Assembly (NCBI GenBank): GCA_964645205.1
Contig: CAZYBO010000006.1
Span: 892 to 64,891 of the forward strand
DNA length: 64,000 bases
Source: an uncultured Rickettsiales bacterium
Lineage (GTDB): Bacteria > Pseudomonadota > Alphaproteobacteria > Rickettsiales > SXRF01
Direction of reading: 5' to 3'
Under the pieces are notes generated by a model. It was not told where the DNA came from, did not search any database, and was given only the letters and a program-made list of their open reading frames with translations. The position numbers and the translations under genes are program-made. Of this stretch, positions 9,889 to 18,105 are shown in pieces (positions within the stretch are counted from its first letter, which is position 1; each line of letters starts with the position of its first letter).

Positions 9889-10542
9889 CTATTTCTTGCC
9901 GCCGATGCTGGCGAACAACGCGTCGATATCTTCCTGCGAAGATGCCTGCGCAGCCAGTTGGGGGCCGTTTAGCAGCGATGCGTCGTCCTCTACGGATACC
10001 AGCTTGGGCGCAGGAATCCCGGCGCCTTCGACCCCGAACAGGTCGTTGAGCTTGGTAATGCGCTCCTCAAGGTTAGTCAGCAGTTTGATGACTTTGGTGA
10101 TGCGCTGGCCGGTTACGTCCTGGAAATTGCAGGCCTCGTAGATGCGCATGCTGGCATCCATGATCTGCTGTTCCTTTTCCCCGCCCACGCCGCCTGCTGC
10201 GGCCTGTATCTGGTCGGCGGCGTCCATGATCGTATTGGTGGCCGCTTCCGTCGATTTGATAACTTCGTCGAGATGCAGCGAAGCGTCGCTGATCGCCTGT
10301 TCCGACTGGTCGGTGGTGGAGATGGCGAAAATTTCTTTTTTTGCGCCTTCGATATAGGCGACCATGCGCGCGATCTCATCGTGCACCACGCGGTCGATGG
10401 CGGATTCCCTCGGGCTAAGCGTGGAAGCCAGTTGTATGAACATGGCGCCGACATCCTCCAGCGACATATCGCCTTTTTGCTGGCGCAATTCGCCGAGGCT
10501 CTTCAGCAGGGCATGGCCAAGTTTCGCTTGCATGTCGCTCAT
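9889..10542 (-). CDS. cheZ: CheY-P phosphatase CheZ-like protein
   Basis: Active-site helix motif ACNFQDVTGQRITKVI matches the E. coli CheZ FQDLTGQ (D143/Q147) region. Acidic C-terminal tail EDIDALFASIGG resembles a CheY-binding peptide. Lies immediately downstream of cheY. Confidence 0.75.
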   Translation of the reverse strand: MSDMQAKLGHALLKSLGELRQQKGDMSLEDVGAMFIQLASTLSPRESAIDRVVHDEIARMVAYIEGAKKEIFAISTTDQSEQAISDASLHLDEVIKSTEAATNTIMDAADQIQAAAGGVGGEKEQQIMDASMRIYEACNFQDVTGQRITKVIKLLTNLEERITKLNDLFGVEGAGIPAPKLVSVEDDASLLNGPQLAAQASSQEDIDALFASIGGKK

Positions 10543-10572
10543 AGCGGACTCCGGGTTATGGTGTGGAGATGG

Positions 10573-10959
10573 TTAGAAATCGCCGATAACGCTGGTCAGC
10601 TTGCCCTTCAGCGTTTCCGCGTTGAACGGCTTGACCACGTAATTGCTCACGCCCGCCTGCTTTGCGGCGATCACGTTTTCCGGCTTGCTCTCGGCCGTCA
10701 CCATGATGAACGGCATGTCTTTCAGTTTGGCGTCGGCGCGTACTTGCTTCAGCAACTCCATGCCGGTCATGGGTTCCATGTTCCAGTCGGAGATGATGAG
10801 GCCGTAGGATTTCTCCTGCATTTTCTTGAATGCTTCCCCACCGTCGGCGGCTTCGTCGACATTGTCGAATCCGAGTTGCTTCAGGAGATTCCTGATGATC
10901 CGGCGCATGGTGTTGTAATCGTCCACCACCAGAATCTGCATTGCTTTATCGACGGCCAT
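10573..10959 (-). CDS. cheY: Single-domain chemotaxis response regulator CheY
   Basis: 128-aa receiver with ILVVDD, phospho-acceptor context [14 protein letters not shown] in MVTAE and K in VVKPF. Confidence 0.9.
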   Translation of the reverse strand: MAVDKAMQILVVDDYNTMRRIIRNLLKQLGFDNVDEAADGGEAFKKMQEKSYGLIISDWNMEPMTGMELLKQVRADAKLKDMPFIMVTAESKPENVIAAKQAGVSNYVVKPFNAETLKGKLTSVIGDF

Positions 10960-11003
10960 AAAAATCCTCTCAACGTTATGCCCCTTACTGTAAAACAGAG
11001 TTT

Positions 11004-11050
11004 TTAAGGTAGCGTTAAAGCGGATACGGTGTTTTTTAAGCTCTCGTTAA
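11004..11050 (-). promoter_or_regulatory. Two TTAA-N7-TTAA (CtrA-box-like) motifs upstream of cheY
   Basis: TTAAggtagcgTTAA at 11004-11018 and TTAAgctctcgTTAA at 11036-11050, which is 45-90 nt upstream of the cheY start. Confidence 0.4.
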
Positions 11051-11057
11051 GGCTTAA

Positions 11058-11756
11058 CTAGGATAAATCGAAGAAAATCAACGTACTTGCTACTGAGGCG
11101 TGTACATTTAAGACATCTCCCGCATTGCTGAATGCCACCCCGTCGCCCTGCCGGAGCCGTGAGGTGCCGAGCGTCACCTCGCCCGACGCCACCTGCAGCC
11201 AACCATGGCGCGAAGGTGAAAACGGCAGCGGCAGCAGCGCGCCTTCATCCATCACCGCTACATACATCTTCGCATCCTGATGAATGCGGATGCTACCCTC
11301 CTCGCCCGTTTCGCTGGCAACCAGCGCCCATCCTTGCTTTTCGCGTCCGTCGGGTATCCATTCGCCATAGCTGGGCGTTACGTCCTTAGTGTGCGGCATG
11401 ATCCATATCTGCAGCAGGTGCACCGGCGTATCCTGCGTGGCGTTGAACTCGCTATGCGTGATGCCCGTGCCCGCGCTCATGCCCTGCACTTCGCCAGCGC
11501 GGATTACACGGCCGTTGCCCATGCTGTCGCGATGCGCAAGCTCGCCCGACAATACGTAGGTGAGAATTTCCATGTCGTTATGCGGGTGCGTGCCGAAACC
11601 CTGGCCGGGCGCGACCGTATCTTCGTTGATCACGCGCAACGCGCGGAAATGCACATGTTCCGGGTCGCGGTATGTGGCGAAGGAAAAAGTGTGGTAGGTA
11701 TCGAGCCAGCCGTGGTTGGCGTGCCCGCGTTCGTCGCTGCGCCGGATGGTTAACAT
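11058..11756 (-). CDS. Pirin family protein (cupin)
   Basis: Motifs HANHGWLDTYHTFSF and GFGTHPHNDMEILTYVLSGELAHRDSMGN. Start trimmed to MLTIRRSDERG. Confidence 0.85.
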   Translation of the reverse strand: MLTIRRSDERGHANHGWLDTYHTFSFATYRDPEHVHFRALRVINEDTVAPGQGFGTHPHNDMEILTYVLSGELAHRDSMGNGRVIRAGEVQGMSAGTGITHSEFNATQDTPVHLLQIWIMPHTKDVTPSYGEWIPDGREKQGWALVASETGEEGSIRIHQDAKMYVAVMDEGALLPLPFSPSRHGWLQVASGEVTLGTSRLRQGDGVAFSNAGDVLNVHASVASTLIFFDLS

Positions 11757-11978
11757 AACATGCTCCTTTTCGTCCCGAAGTGATGCAAGCGTATGTAGGC
11801 GTTTTGTATGAAAAAACAAGGCGTCAACCGCTAAAGTTATCACAAAAAAAATAAAAGCCTTGACCCGTATTTCACATTGAACCTTCGGTCAAGGTTTTTT
11901 ATAATCGGAAGCTGTGGGAAGGTCCCACACCATCCAGTAGGTTCAGAGGTTTTTGGAAAAGGAAGGATTAGTCCGCTT

Positions 11979-12173
11979 ATGTCTATTCAGGCTCATATCG
12001 ACTCTCTCGCCGCAAAACGCGCACATATCAAAGATCGTATTACTGAGGAATCCAGCCGTCCCTCCCCCGATTTCGTAGTAATCACCGACCTGAAAAAACA
12101 AAATCTCGTACTCAAGCAGGAAATGCAGCGCTACCTGATCGCTCTCAGACAACCCGTAAACGCGACCTCGTAG
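11979..12173 (+). CDS. Small DUF465/YdcH-like protein
   Basis: 64-aa product MSIQAHIDSLAAKRAHIKDRITEESSRPSPDFVVITDLKKQNLVLKQEM, the characteristic pattern of this family. GGAAGGA RBS at 11961-11967. Confidence 0.6.
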   Translation: MSIQAHIDSLAAKRAHIKDRITEESSRPSPDFVVITDLKKQNLVLKQEMQRYLIALRQPVNATS

Positions 12174-12198
12174 ACACCTTATAACCTCCATCGGTTAG

Positions 12199-12235
12199 AA
12201 AAAACCCCCGTGCCTCACCGCCCGGGGGTTTTTCT
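12199..12235 (+). terminator. Rho-independent terminator after the DUF465 gene
   Basis: aaaaACCCCCGtgcctcaccgcCCGGGGGTTTTTc: G/C stem followed by a T-run. Confidence 0.6.
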
Positions 12236-12287
12236 TCACTTGTTTTCCGGCGTATAACATTATAATACCAGTGCCGTTGGCCGATGT

Positions 12288-12363
<76 letters not shown>

Positions 12364-12407
12364 CGCTTCGCCTTTGGTTACGCGTAGCGCGGCCGTGATG
12401 AAACGGT

Positions 12408-14366
12408 TTATCCTTTTTCCTCCAGCGTCTTCAGATTCCACCCGTCCACCAGTTGCCGCCACATGGCGAGGTCGCTTTGCGTTACGCCGATTTTAGGAAT
12501 GAGGAACAGCGCGGTGACGAACGGCTCCTCATACAGCACCGTGACATGCCAGCCGCGCGGGTGCTTGTGTTTGGTGAGCCACAGGCCTTTTTGCGCCACC
12601 TGCACCGCGCCGCGCCTGCTGTCCGTGTCGGAGGCGGCGAGGAAAGCAGGGTTTTCCTGCATGGGACACTGCACGATACCGGCGGGGAAGCGGCGTGCGA
12701 ATTCTTCAAACAACGCCTGCTTACCTTGTATTTCGCCGGGCGGCGTGCGGTGCAGGAACGCGCTGCGCGCGCGCGCATAGGCATCACGCCCGTTCTCGCC
12801 CGTCACGCTGTCTATCGCCGTCACATAGCCGAACCCGTGCAACGCCATGCGCGCATCGGGCGTATGGTCGCCCGCCACCAGCACCTGCATACCGTCCACG
12901 CAGGCGCTGCCTGAAGTCGCCGCAAGCGCGTAGGCCGCGTCGAAACGCGCCGCCGATTGTGCCGACGGGTGAAACGCCAGCCGCGTGATGACGGTCGCGC
13001 ACGTACGGCGGCGTACCTTTGCCGCCCATGGAAAATACGATACGACCGCATCACCCGCCGCGTGCCACGGCTGCGCCAGCAACCGCCAACCGAGCCACGC
13101 GCACAGCAGCAACGGCGCGGGCAACGCAATGCACAACGGCGCCATTTTCATCAGCAGCCACAGCAGCGCATAATGCAGCGCACACAACAACGCCGTCGCA
13201 CGGTAGCGCCTGCGCGAAAACAGGCTCACCAGCACGAAGCCGAGCGCAGGACTTGCGAGCATGGTGACAACCACCAGCGCCACATCCGCAGGCGCCGTGG
13301 GCGTGAACATTAGCAGGCACAGCGCCGCCAGCGCCGCAAACAGCAGCGCAAGCGCCATGGAAAAACGCAGGCCTTCACGTTCCATCATGTGCCGGAAACC
13401 GGCAAAAATATCCATGTGCGTGCGCGACAGGTCGAAATACATCGCCTGCGCCCACCCCATGCCCGCGCGTATCAGTGGCATCACCATATACATCGCGAAC
13501 ACCAGCTCCTGCGCGGCGGCAAGCTGCAACAAAAACACCACCAGCATATCGTGCATGCGGATACCGAGCGACGCCGCTGCAGGCAGCAGCAACGCGCGCG
13601 CGCGGTGATGCCGGAACACGCGCCGCACCATGCGCAGATCGTAGAGTTTCGCAGGCGTAACGCGCAGGTAATCCGTTACCCTGCGCACCGCGCGGAAACT
13701 GATCGACGCCACCACCGCGCTCGACGCGAGAATGCACAGCGGCACCGTCCATTCGCCGAGTTGCGCGTGCAACAGCATGCCTAGCATGAACACCGCGATT
13801 TCCGGGCCGAGTATATATTCCATCGGCAGGAACACGCGCTGGAGCGCGAACGCGCCGGAATGGTACGTTCGGCTGACGATCCGCACCGACGCCTGCACAC
13901 CCATCGCCGCCACCAGCGCGGCAAACGGCAGCGACTGCGCGGCCACCATCCATGCCAGCAGCAACGCGCACAGCAAAAGCGCCGAGGAAACCAGCGCGGA
14001 GAGCGTTACCCAGCCCGCGATTTCCTGTTGGATGGCAGGCAGGTTCCGCTGCGCGCGCAGCAGGCGTATACGGTGGCGCATCGCATCGGTCGCGCCCCAC
14101 CAGCTTCCTTCCAGCGCCAGCATGAGCAGGCGCAGCAGCATCGCATGGTACGCCACCGTGGGAAACGCCGCCAGCAACAGCATGAATTCCACGATATGCA
14201 GCGTGGCGCGCAGCAACGCCTGCACGACCACCGGTCGCGCACGGTGCAGGAAATAGGGCAGCGTATCGCCGGTAAATACGAGATCGGAAAGCGGCGCATG
14301 GCGCAGCGCACGCCGCCGCTGCCGCGCGAACCAGTTTTCCAGCTCCGGGTTAGCGGTTGCGTGCAT
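12408..14366 (-). CDS. Polytopic membrane protein (about 10-12 hydrophobic helices) with ~200-aa soluble C-terminal domain. Unknown family. Partner of the reverse transcriptase
   Basis: 652-aa ORF. Its ATG at 14364-14366 lies 17 nt inside the upstream RT ORF. Repeated long hydrophobic stretches, e.g. FMLLLAAFPTVAYHAMLLRLLMLAL and LALLFAALAALCLLMF. Overlapping ORFs in other frames are Arg/Ala shadows. Confidence 0.7.
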   Translation of the reverse strand: MHATANPELENWFARQRRRALRHAPLSDLVFTGDTLPYFLHRARPVVVQALLRATLHIVEFMLLLAAFPTVAYHAMLLRLLMLALEGSWWGATDAMRHRIRLLRAQRNLPAIQQEIAGWVTLSALVSSALLLCALLLAWMVAAQSLPFAALVAAMGVQASVRIVSRTYHSGAFALQRVFLPMEYILGPEIAVFMLGMLLHAQLGEWTVPLCILASSAVVASISFRAVRRVTDYLRVTPAKLYDLRMVRRVFRHHRARALLLPAAASLGIRMHDMLVVFLLQLAAAQELVFAMYMVMPLIRAGMGWAQAMYFDLSRTHMDIFAGFRHMMEREGLRFSMALALLFAALAALCLLMFTPTAPADVALVVVTMLASPALGFVLVSLFSRRRYRATALLCALHYALLWLLMKMAPLCIALPAPLLLCAWLGWRLLAQPWHAAGDAVVSYFPWAAKVRRRTCATVITRLAFHPSAQSAARFDAAYALAATSGSACVDGMQVLVAGDHTPDARMALHGFGYVTAIDSVTGENGRDAYARARSAFLHRTPPGEIQGKQALFEEFARRFPAGIVQCPMQENPAFLAASDTDSRRGAVQVAQKGLWLTKHKHPRGWHVTVLYEEPFVTALFLIPKIGVTQSDLAMWRQLVDGWNLKTLEEKG

Positions 14367-15735
14367 AGGTCAACGAACGTAGGCGCCAGCGCGCGCGTAT
14401 GGTGCGGTAGGGTATGCGTCGGAACCCTTTGACGCTACTGTCGTGCAGCATCACACGCAGCACCAACCGCGCCAGCCAGTAATCGAGGCGCTTCAATTGC
14501 GCGCGGTCGTTCACCAGATAATTGAGCAGCCCGGCGTAAGGATGCGCATGCGGCGCGTGCGGATCGATCGCGTTACTGAGTAAGCGGCAGAGCGCCTTCC
14601 CGCGTTCCTCGAACGGCAACGTCTGCATCGCTTTCGCACTGGCATGGGCGCGAGTGGAAAGGTCGCGCATCAGCAGCTTCAGCTTGTCCTGCTTGAGCGA
14701 GATCGCGCCGCGAAAATCCATGCTACAGCCGAGATAATCTATGCGCGTCGTGCCCGCAAATCCGCCTGCGTCCCTGCCCGCTCCGTTGAAAAACAGCGTT
14801 TTCGTTTTCTGCGCATTGCGCGTAAGCGAGAGCGCGGCAAGCACGTCGTCCACCGCCGCCACTGCGTTTTTAAAGCGCTGTGCATCCGGATGCGCGAATA
14901 GGATGTCGTCACCGTAGCGCGCATAAAATCCGCCTTCGGTTTCGCCCAGCAGCCTGTCGAGCGGCAACGCATAAAGGTTGAGCAGCAGCGCCGAGATGGG
15001 CGCGCCGTCGGGGATGCCGCGCAGCAACTGGTATTCCCCGCCGTCGGGATGCATGATAACCGGGCGGATCAGCTGCTCCAGCAACACACGCTCCTCAGGC
15101 GCCGGAGCGCACAACGCATCGAGCTGCGCCCAAAGCGGCGAACACGGCGCCACCGGGATCGACTCGCCATACGCCCTGATGTCGCAGCGCAGTACATACA
15201 GCCCGCGCGCTTTCGGATCCGCATATACCGCACGGTGGCGGCGAGCGAACGCGGCGAAGTCCTGCATCGCCTGCAAGCGATTGCGCCCCTTGACATAGGC
15301 GTAGAGCGTGCGCGGCAATTGCGGCAGCACATGCTCCGCCAGCATCCTGTAGACCGCGCCGTGCACGATGCGATCCATCAACGAAAAGCGGAACACCACG
15401 CGCTGCTTATCCAACAGGATCGTTCTGAGCGCGGCGGGCGAAAAGCGGTACGCGCTCCCCGCCACCGCTTTCGCCAGTATGCGCGAAAGCCTGCGTTGGT
15501 CGAAGAATGCCTGCGTGAAGCTGTAGCCTTCCGGCTGCGTCTGGTGCAGCGACGTCTGGAATTGGGTGGAGAATTTGTGGTGCAGATCGGCGATCGCCGC
15601 GCGGTAATAGCCCGCCTCAGCCGCCTGCCGTATCAGCGGCGCGGGCAACGACTCAGATGCCCAGCTCCGCCGAGAAGCTGCATATCTGGTTGCTGCTGTT
15701 GGAATATTGACCTCCGGGGGTGAAGCAGTCCGCAT
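14350..15735 (-). CDS. Reverse transcriptase (RNA-directed DNA polymerase), unclassified lineage, YGDD catalytic box
   Basis: Ordered RT motifs: RVVFRFSLMDRIVHGAVYRML, YVLRCDIRAYGESI, LLRGIPDGAPISALLLNLYALPLD, YARYGDDILFA, LSLTRNAQKTKTLFF, IDYLGCSMD. Start uncertain: ATG at 15735 overlaps the pilin-like gene by 83 nt, and the alternative TTG at 15646-15648 lies 4 nt after that gene's stop. Confidence 0.8.
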   Translation of the reverse strand: MRTASPPEVNIPTAATRYAASRRSWASESLPAPLIRQAAEAGYYRAAIADLHHKFSTQFQTSLHQTQPEGYSFTQAFFDQRRLSRILAKAVAGSAYRFSPAALRTILLDKQRVVFRFSLMDRIVHGAVYRMLAEHVLPQLPRTLYAYVKGRNRLQAMQDFAAFARRHRAVYADPKARGLYVLRCDIRAYGESIPVAPCSPLWAQLDALCAPAPEERVLLEQLIRPVIMHPDGGEYQLLRGIPDGAPISALLLNLYALPLDRLLGETEGGFYARYGDDILFAHPDAQRFKNAVAAVDDVLAALSLTRNAQKTKTLFFNGAGRDAGGFAGTTRIDYLGCSMDFRGAISLKQDKLKLLMRDLSTRAHASAKAMQTLPFEERGKALCRLLSNAIDPHAPHAHPYAGLLNYLVNDRAQLKRLDYWLARLVLRVMLHDSSVKGFRRIPYRTIRARWRLRSLTYARNR

Positions 15736-16339
15736 AACCTGTCTGGTTTCTGGCTCTTACCGTACCGCTGTCGGGAAGGCCGTCATCCATTTTTTCGTCG
15801 ATATAGCGGGTTTCCAGCGCTGAAATCGCAGGCAAGGTGGCGATGGAATTGCCATCAAACCCGCCGAAGAAAAGCACGTTGATATTCGTGCCGCGGAATA
15901 CGCCAACCGTCCATCCCGCGTTGGGCAGCGAGGTCGATGCGGGGATGTTGACCGTAGGCTGGGCGATGCAGCTCGCAGCGCAGCCGGTGATGTTGAATGG
16001 GCCGGAGCTGATAAACCCGGAAAGCTCCATTTCCTTCCACGCGCTCGGCCCTTCGGTGCGCCACAGGATCACGCTGTTGCCGTTACCTGCCAGCAGCGGC
16101 GGCGTGTTGGCCAGCCAGTAGGTTCCCGGGTTGCGCAGGTCGCCGGGAAGCTGATCGTATTTCAGGCGGAACTGGCCGAATCCCTGTTTGTATGCTTCGA
16201 TTTCCTTGATGATATTGCGGTCGCGCGCGCTGATGTAAATATCACGGCCGATGAAAATACCGCCTACCGTCAGCGCGACGATCAACAGCACGACGGATAT
16301 TTCCACGAGCGTGAAGCCCTTTTTCCAGCCGTCTTTCAC
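15653..16339 (-). CDS. Prepilin-type N-terminal cleavage/methylation domain protein (type IV pilin / T2SS pseudopilin-like)
   Basis: GTG start. N-terminus MKDGWKKGFTLVEISVVLLIVALTVGGIF is the class III signal (G/FTLxE plus hydrophobic helix). The C-terminal globular part contains Cys residues. Confidence 0.75.
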   Translation of the reverse strand: MKDGWKKGFTLVEISVVLLIVALTVGGIFIGRDIYISARDRNIIKEIEAYKQGFGQFRLKYDQLPGDLRNPGTYWLANTPPLLAGNGNSVILWRTEGPSAWKEMELSGFISSGPFNITGCAASCIAQPTVNIPASTSLPNAGWTVGVFRGTNINVLFFGGFDGNSIATLPAISALETRYIDEKMDDGLPDSGTVRARNQTGYADCFTPGGQYSNSSNQICSFSAELGI

Positions 16340-16513
16340 AAGGCGCGTCCTTTCATACGGGGGAGCGGGATGGTAACTGTGTCTCTTTTTGGTTATCCGC
16401 CAAGACCGCGATCTCTGGCAGGATAGAAAGGCTGGCTTGCGCCAGTGCCGCTCCCCCGGCGCTAGTTATAAGATCGCGCCGGAGCGATTACAAGCGGAAA
16501 CAAAAACGGGAGG

Positions 16514-17956
16514 TTAGAGTCGCGGCGATTGCTGCGGCGACGTATCGGCGGCCAGCGCTTTCGCCTGCCAGACGGGGGCGTCTTTTTGCAGCGGTGGCGT
16601 GGCAGCAGCCGCAAGCTGACGTGGCCGCGCCTGCGTCGCGCCCATCCACGGGTTGCTGCGCAGCGCGGCTACTTCCGTGCGCAGGCGCTCTTTCACTTCG
16701 CCGTCTTTCATCGCCAGCACGTCCGGGCGTCCCAGAAATACGGATAGGTATTCTATCAGATGCGGCTGGTATCGTTCGGGCTGTTTCACGATCAGGTCGG
16801 CAGCCAGCGCGATCACGCTTTTATCCACGCTCTCATCGCTCTTTACGCCTTCGCCATGTCCTTTGGACGACATCATGATCAGCATTTCCGCCGCGAGGTT
16901 AGTGGCCACGAACCATGCGCGATTCTTGATGGAATCAACCTTGTCAGGCAGGTTGAGCCGCTTATAGAGCCGGTATTCGATCACGCTGCTGACGGCGTGG
17001 CACAAGGTGCTGAGCATGAGCCCGGCTCCTGCGATCGCCAGCGGTTTTTCCTGCACCCATTCCAGAACGGCTTTTGCGCCCTCGGATTTCGGCTTGTCGG
17101 GATCGGCTACTTTTTCTTTCACCAGCCCGCCGATAGCGGTAGACGCCATAGTCAGCGTGCCGAGGCCGACATCGAGGAACCCGGCGTTTTTATAGATTTG
17201 CCTGTCACGCACCGTCACCTGCCCAGCCTTGAGGAAATCGGGCACGTTGATAACTTTGTGCCTGACCGCGGCGGCGGCAATACACGCGCCTGCCAGCCCC
17301 GTGAACAGGTTGAACATTTCCGACGGATAACGGCGGAACACGCCGTCCACTTTACCCAGCATGGATTGCGGCCCATGATCCGACTCATGCACCTGCAGGC
17401 AATCCGGCGGCAGTTTTTTTACTTCCCGGATAAGATGCTGCGTGATGCGTTTAGAAAGGTCTTTGACCTGAATATCGGATTGATCGTTACGCCCATATCC
17501 CACCAGCGACACGGTGCCGCCCGCATACATGATGCCCGCCATCATGTCTTCCCATGACGCGCCTTTCCTGCCGTAGGTGAAGAAATTATAGTCGCCGACG
17601 GCATAAAAAAGCCCGCTGGCCTGCAGCGTGCGCTTTTTCACCTTGTCCTTGAAACTGATTTTTTCGCTGGCAAGCGTGGTGACTTTCGGCTGCCCCTGCA
17701 CCGCGCCGTCCTGCACGAGGCAAGCGAGCACTTCCACATCGCGCTTGAACCCGCGTACTTCCAGCGCCGGTTTTCCGGCATGCATGCAGGGAATACACTG
17801 GAACCCGGTTTTCTGCAGTCTGCAGGTAAGGTCGTGCAATTTCTGGACATCGGCCTGCGCGGTAGCGTGCAGATACGCGCGATGGGCGCCCTTCTCGGAC
17901 GTCTCGAACATCGCTTGTTCAATCAGCTTGGCTTCCGGGTAGTGGTACGTACTCAT
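16514..17956 (-). CDS. Hypothetical membrane protein (480 aa). Soluble N-terminal ~100 aa, several Gly/Ala-rich TM segments, Pro/Gln/Ala-rich tail
   Basis: Long ORF with coding-like composition. Hydrophobic segments include FNLFTGLAGACIAAAAV and PLAIAGAGLMLSTLCHAV. No family recognised. Confidence 0.6.
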   Translation of the reverse strand: MSTYHYPEAKLIEQAMFETSEKGAHRAYLHATAQADVQKLHDLTCRLQKTGFQCIPCMHAGKPALEVRGFKRDVEVLACLVQDGAVQGQPKVTTLASEKISFKDKVKKRTLQASGLFYAVGDYNFFTYGRKGASWEDMMAGIMYAGGTVSLVGYGRNDQSDIQVKDLSKRITQHLIREVKKLPPDCLQVHESDHGPQSMLGKVDGVFRRYPSEMFNLFTGLAGACIAAAAVRHKVINVPDFLKAGQVTVRDRQIYKNAGFLDVGLGTLTMASTAIGGLVKEKVADPDKPKSEGAKAVLEWVQEKPLAIAGAGLMLSTLCHAVSSVIEYRLYKRLNLPDKVDSIKNRAWFVATNLAAEMLIMMSSKGHGEGVKSDESVDKSVIALAADLIVKQPERYQPHLIEYLSVFLGRPDVLAMKDGEVKERLRTEVAALRSNPWMGATQARPRQLAAAATPPLQKDAPVWQAKALAADTSPQQSPRL

Positions 17957-18046
17957 GTGTTTTGTATAGGTAAAAGCAACATTTATCCACTTTCATGGTA
18001 CTGACTTTACAGCACAAATTATATAGGAAAAATGTTACAATTACGC

Positions 18047-18083
18047 GTCAGCCGCCTGCCCCGGCTAGGGCTAGGCGGCTGAC
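18047..18083 (-). terminator. Hairpin downstream of the amino-acid permease gene
   Basis: Perfect 11-bp stem GTCAGCCGCCT/AGGCGGCTGAC with a 15-nt loop, followed on the minus strand by an AT-rich stretch. No tight T-run. Confidence 0.5.
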
Positions 18084-18105
18084 AGCGCATTGATGTTTAA
18101 TACTT

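Noticed and set aside
14350-15735. RT as a group II intron maturase, retron RT or DGR RT
   Set aside because: Coding genes overlap both ends, which leaves no space for intron domains I-VI. There is no non-coding region directly upstream for msr/msd. Motif B ends in ...PISALLLN rather than the DGR-type ...SQ, and I saw no template/variable repeat pair. None of these is formally excluded without a phylogeny and a repeat search.
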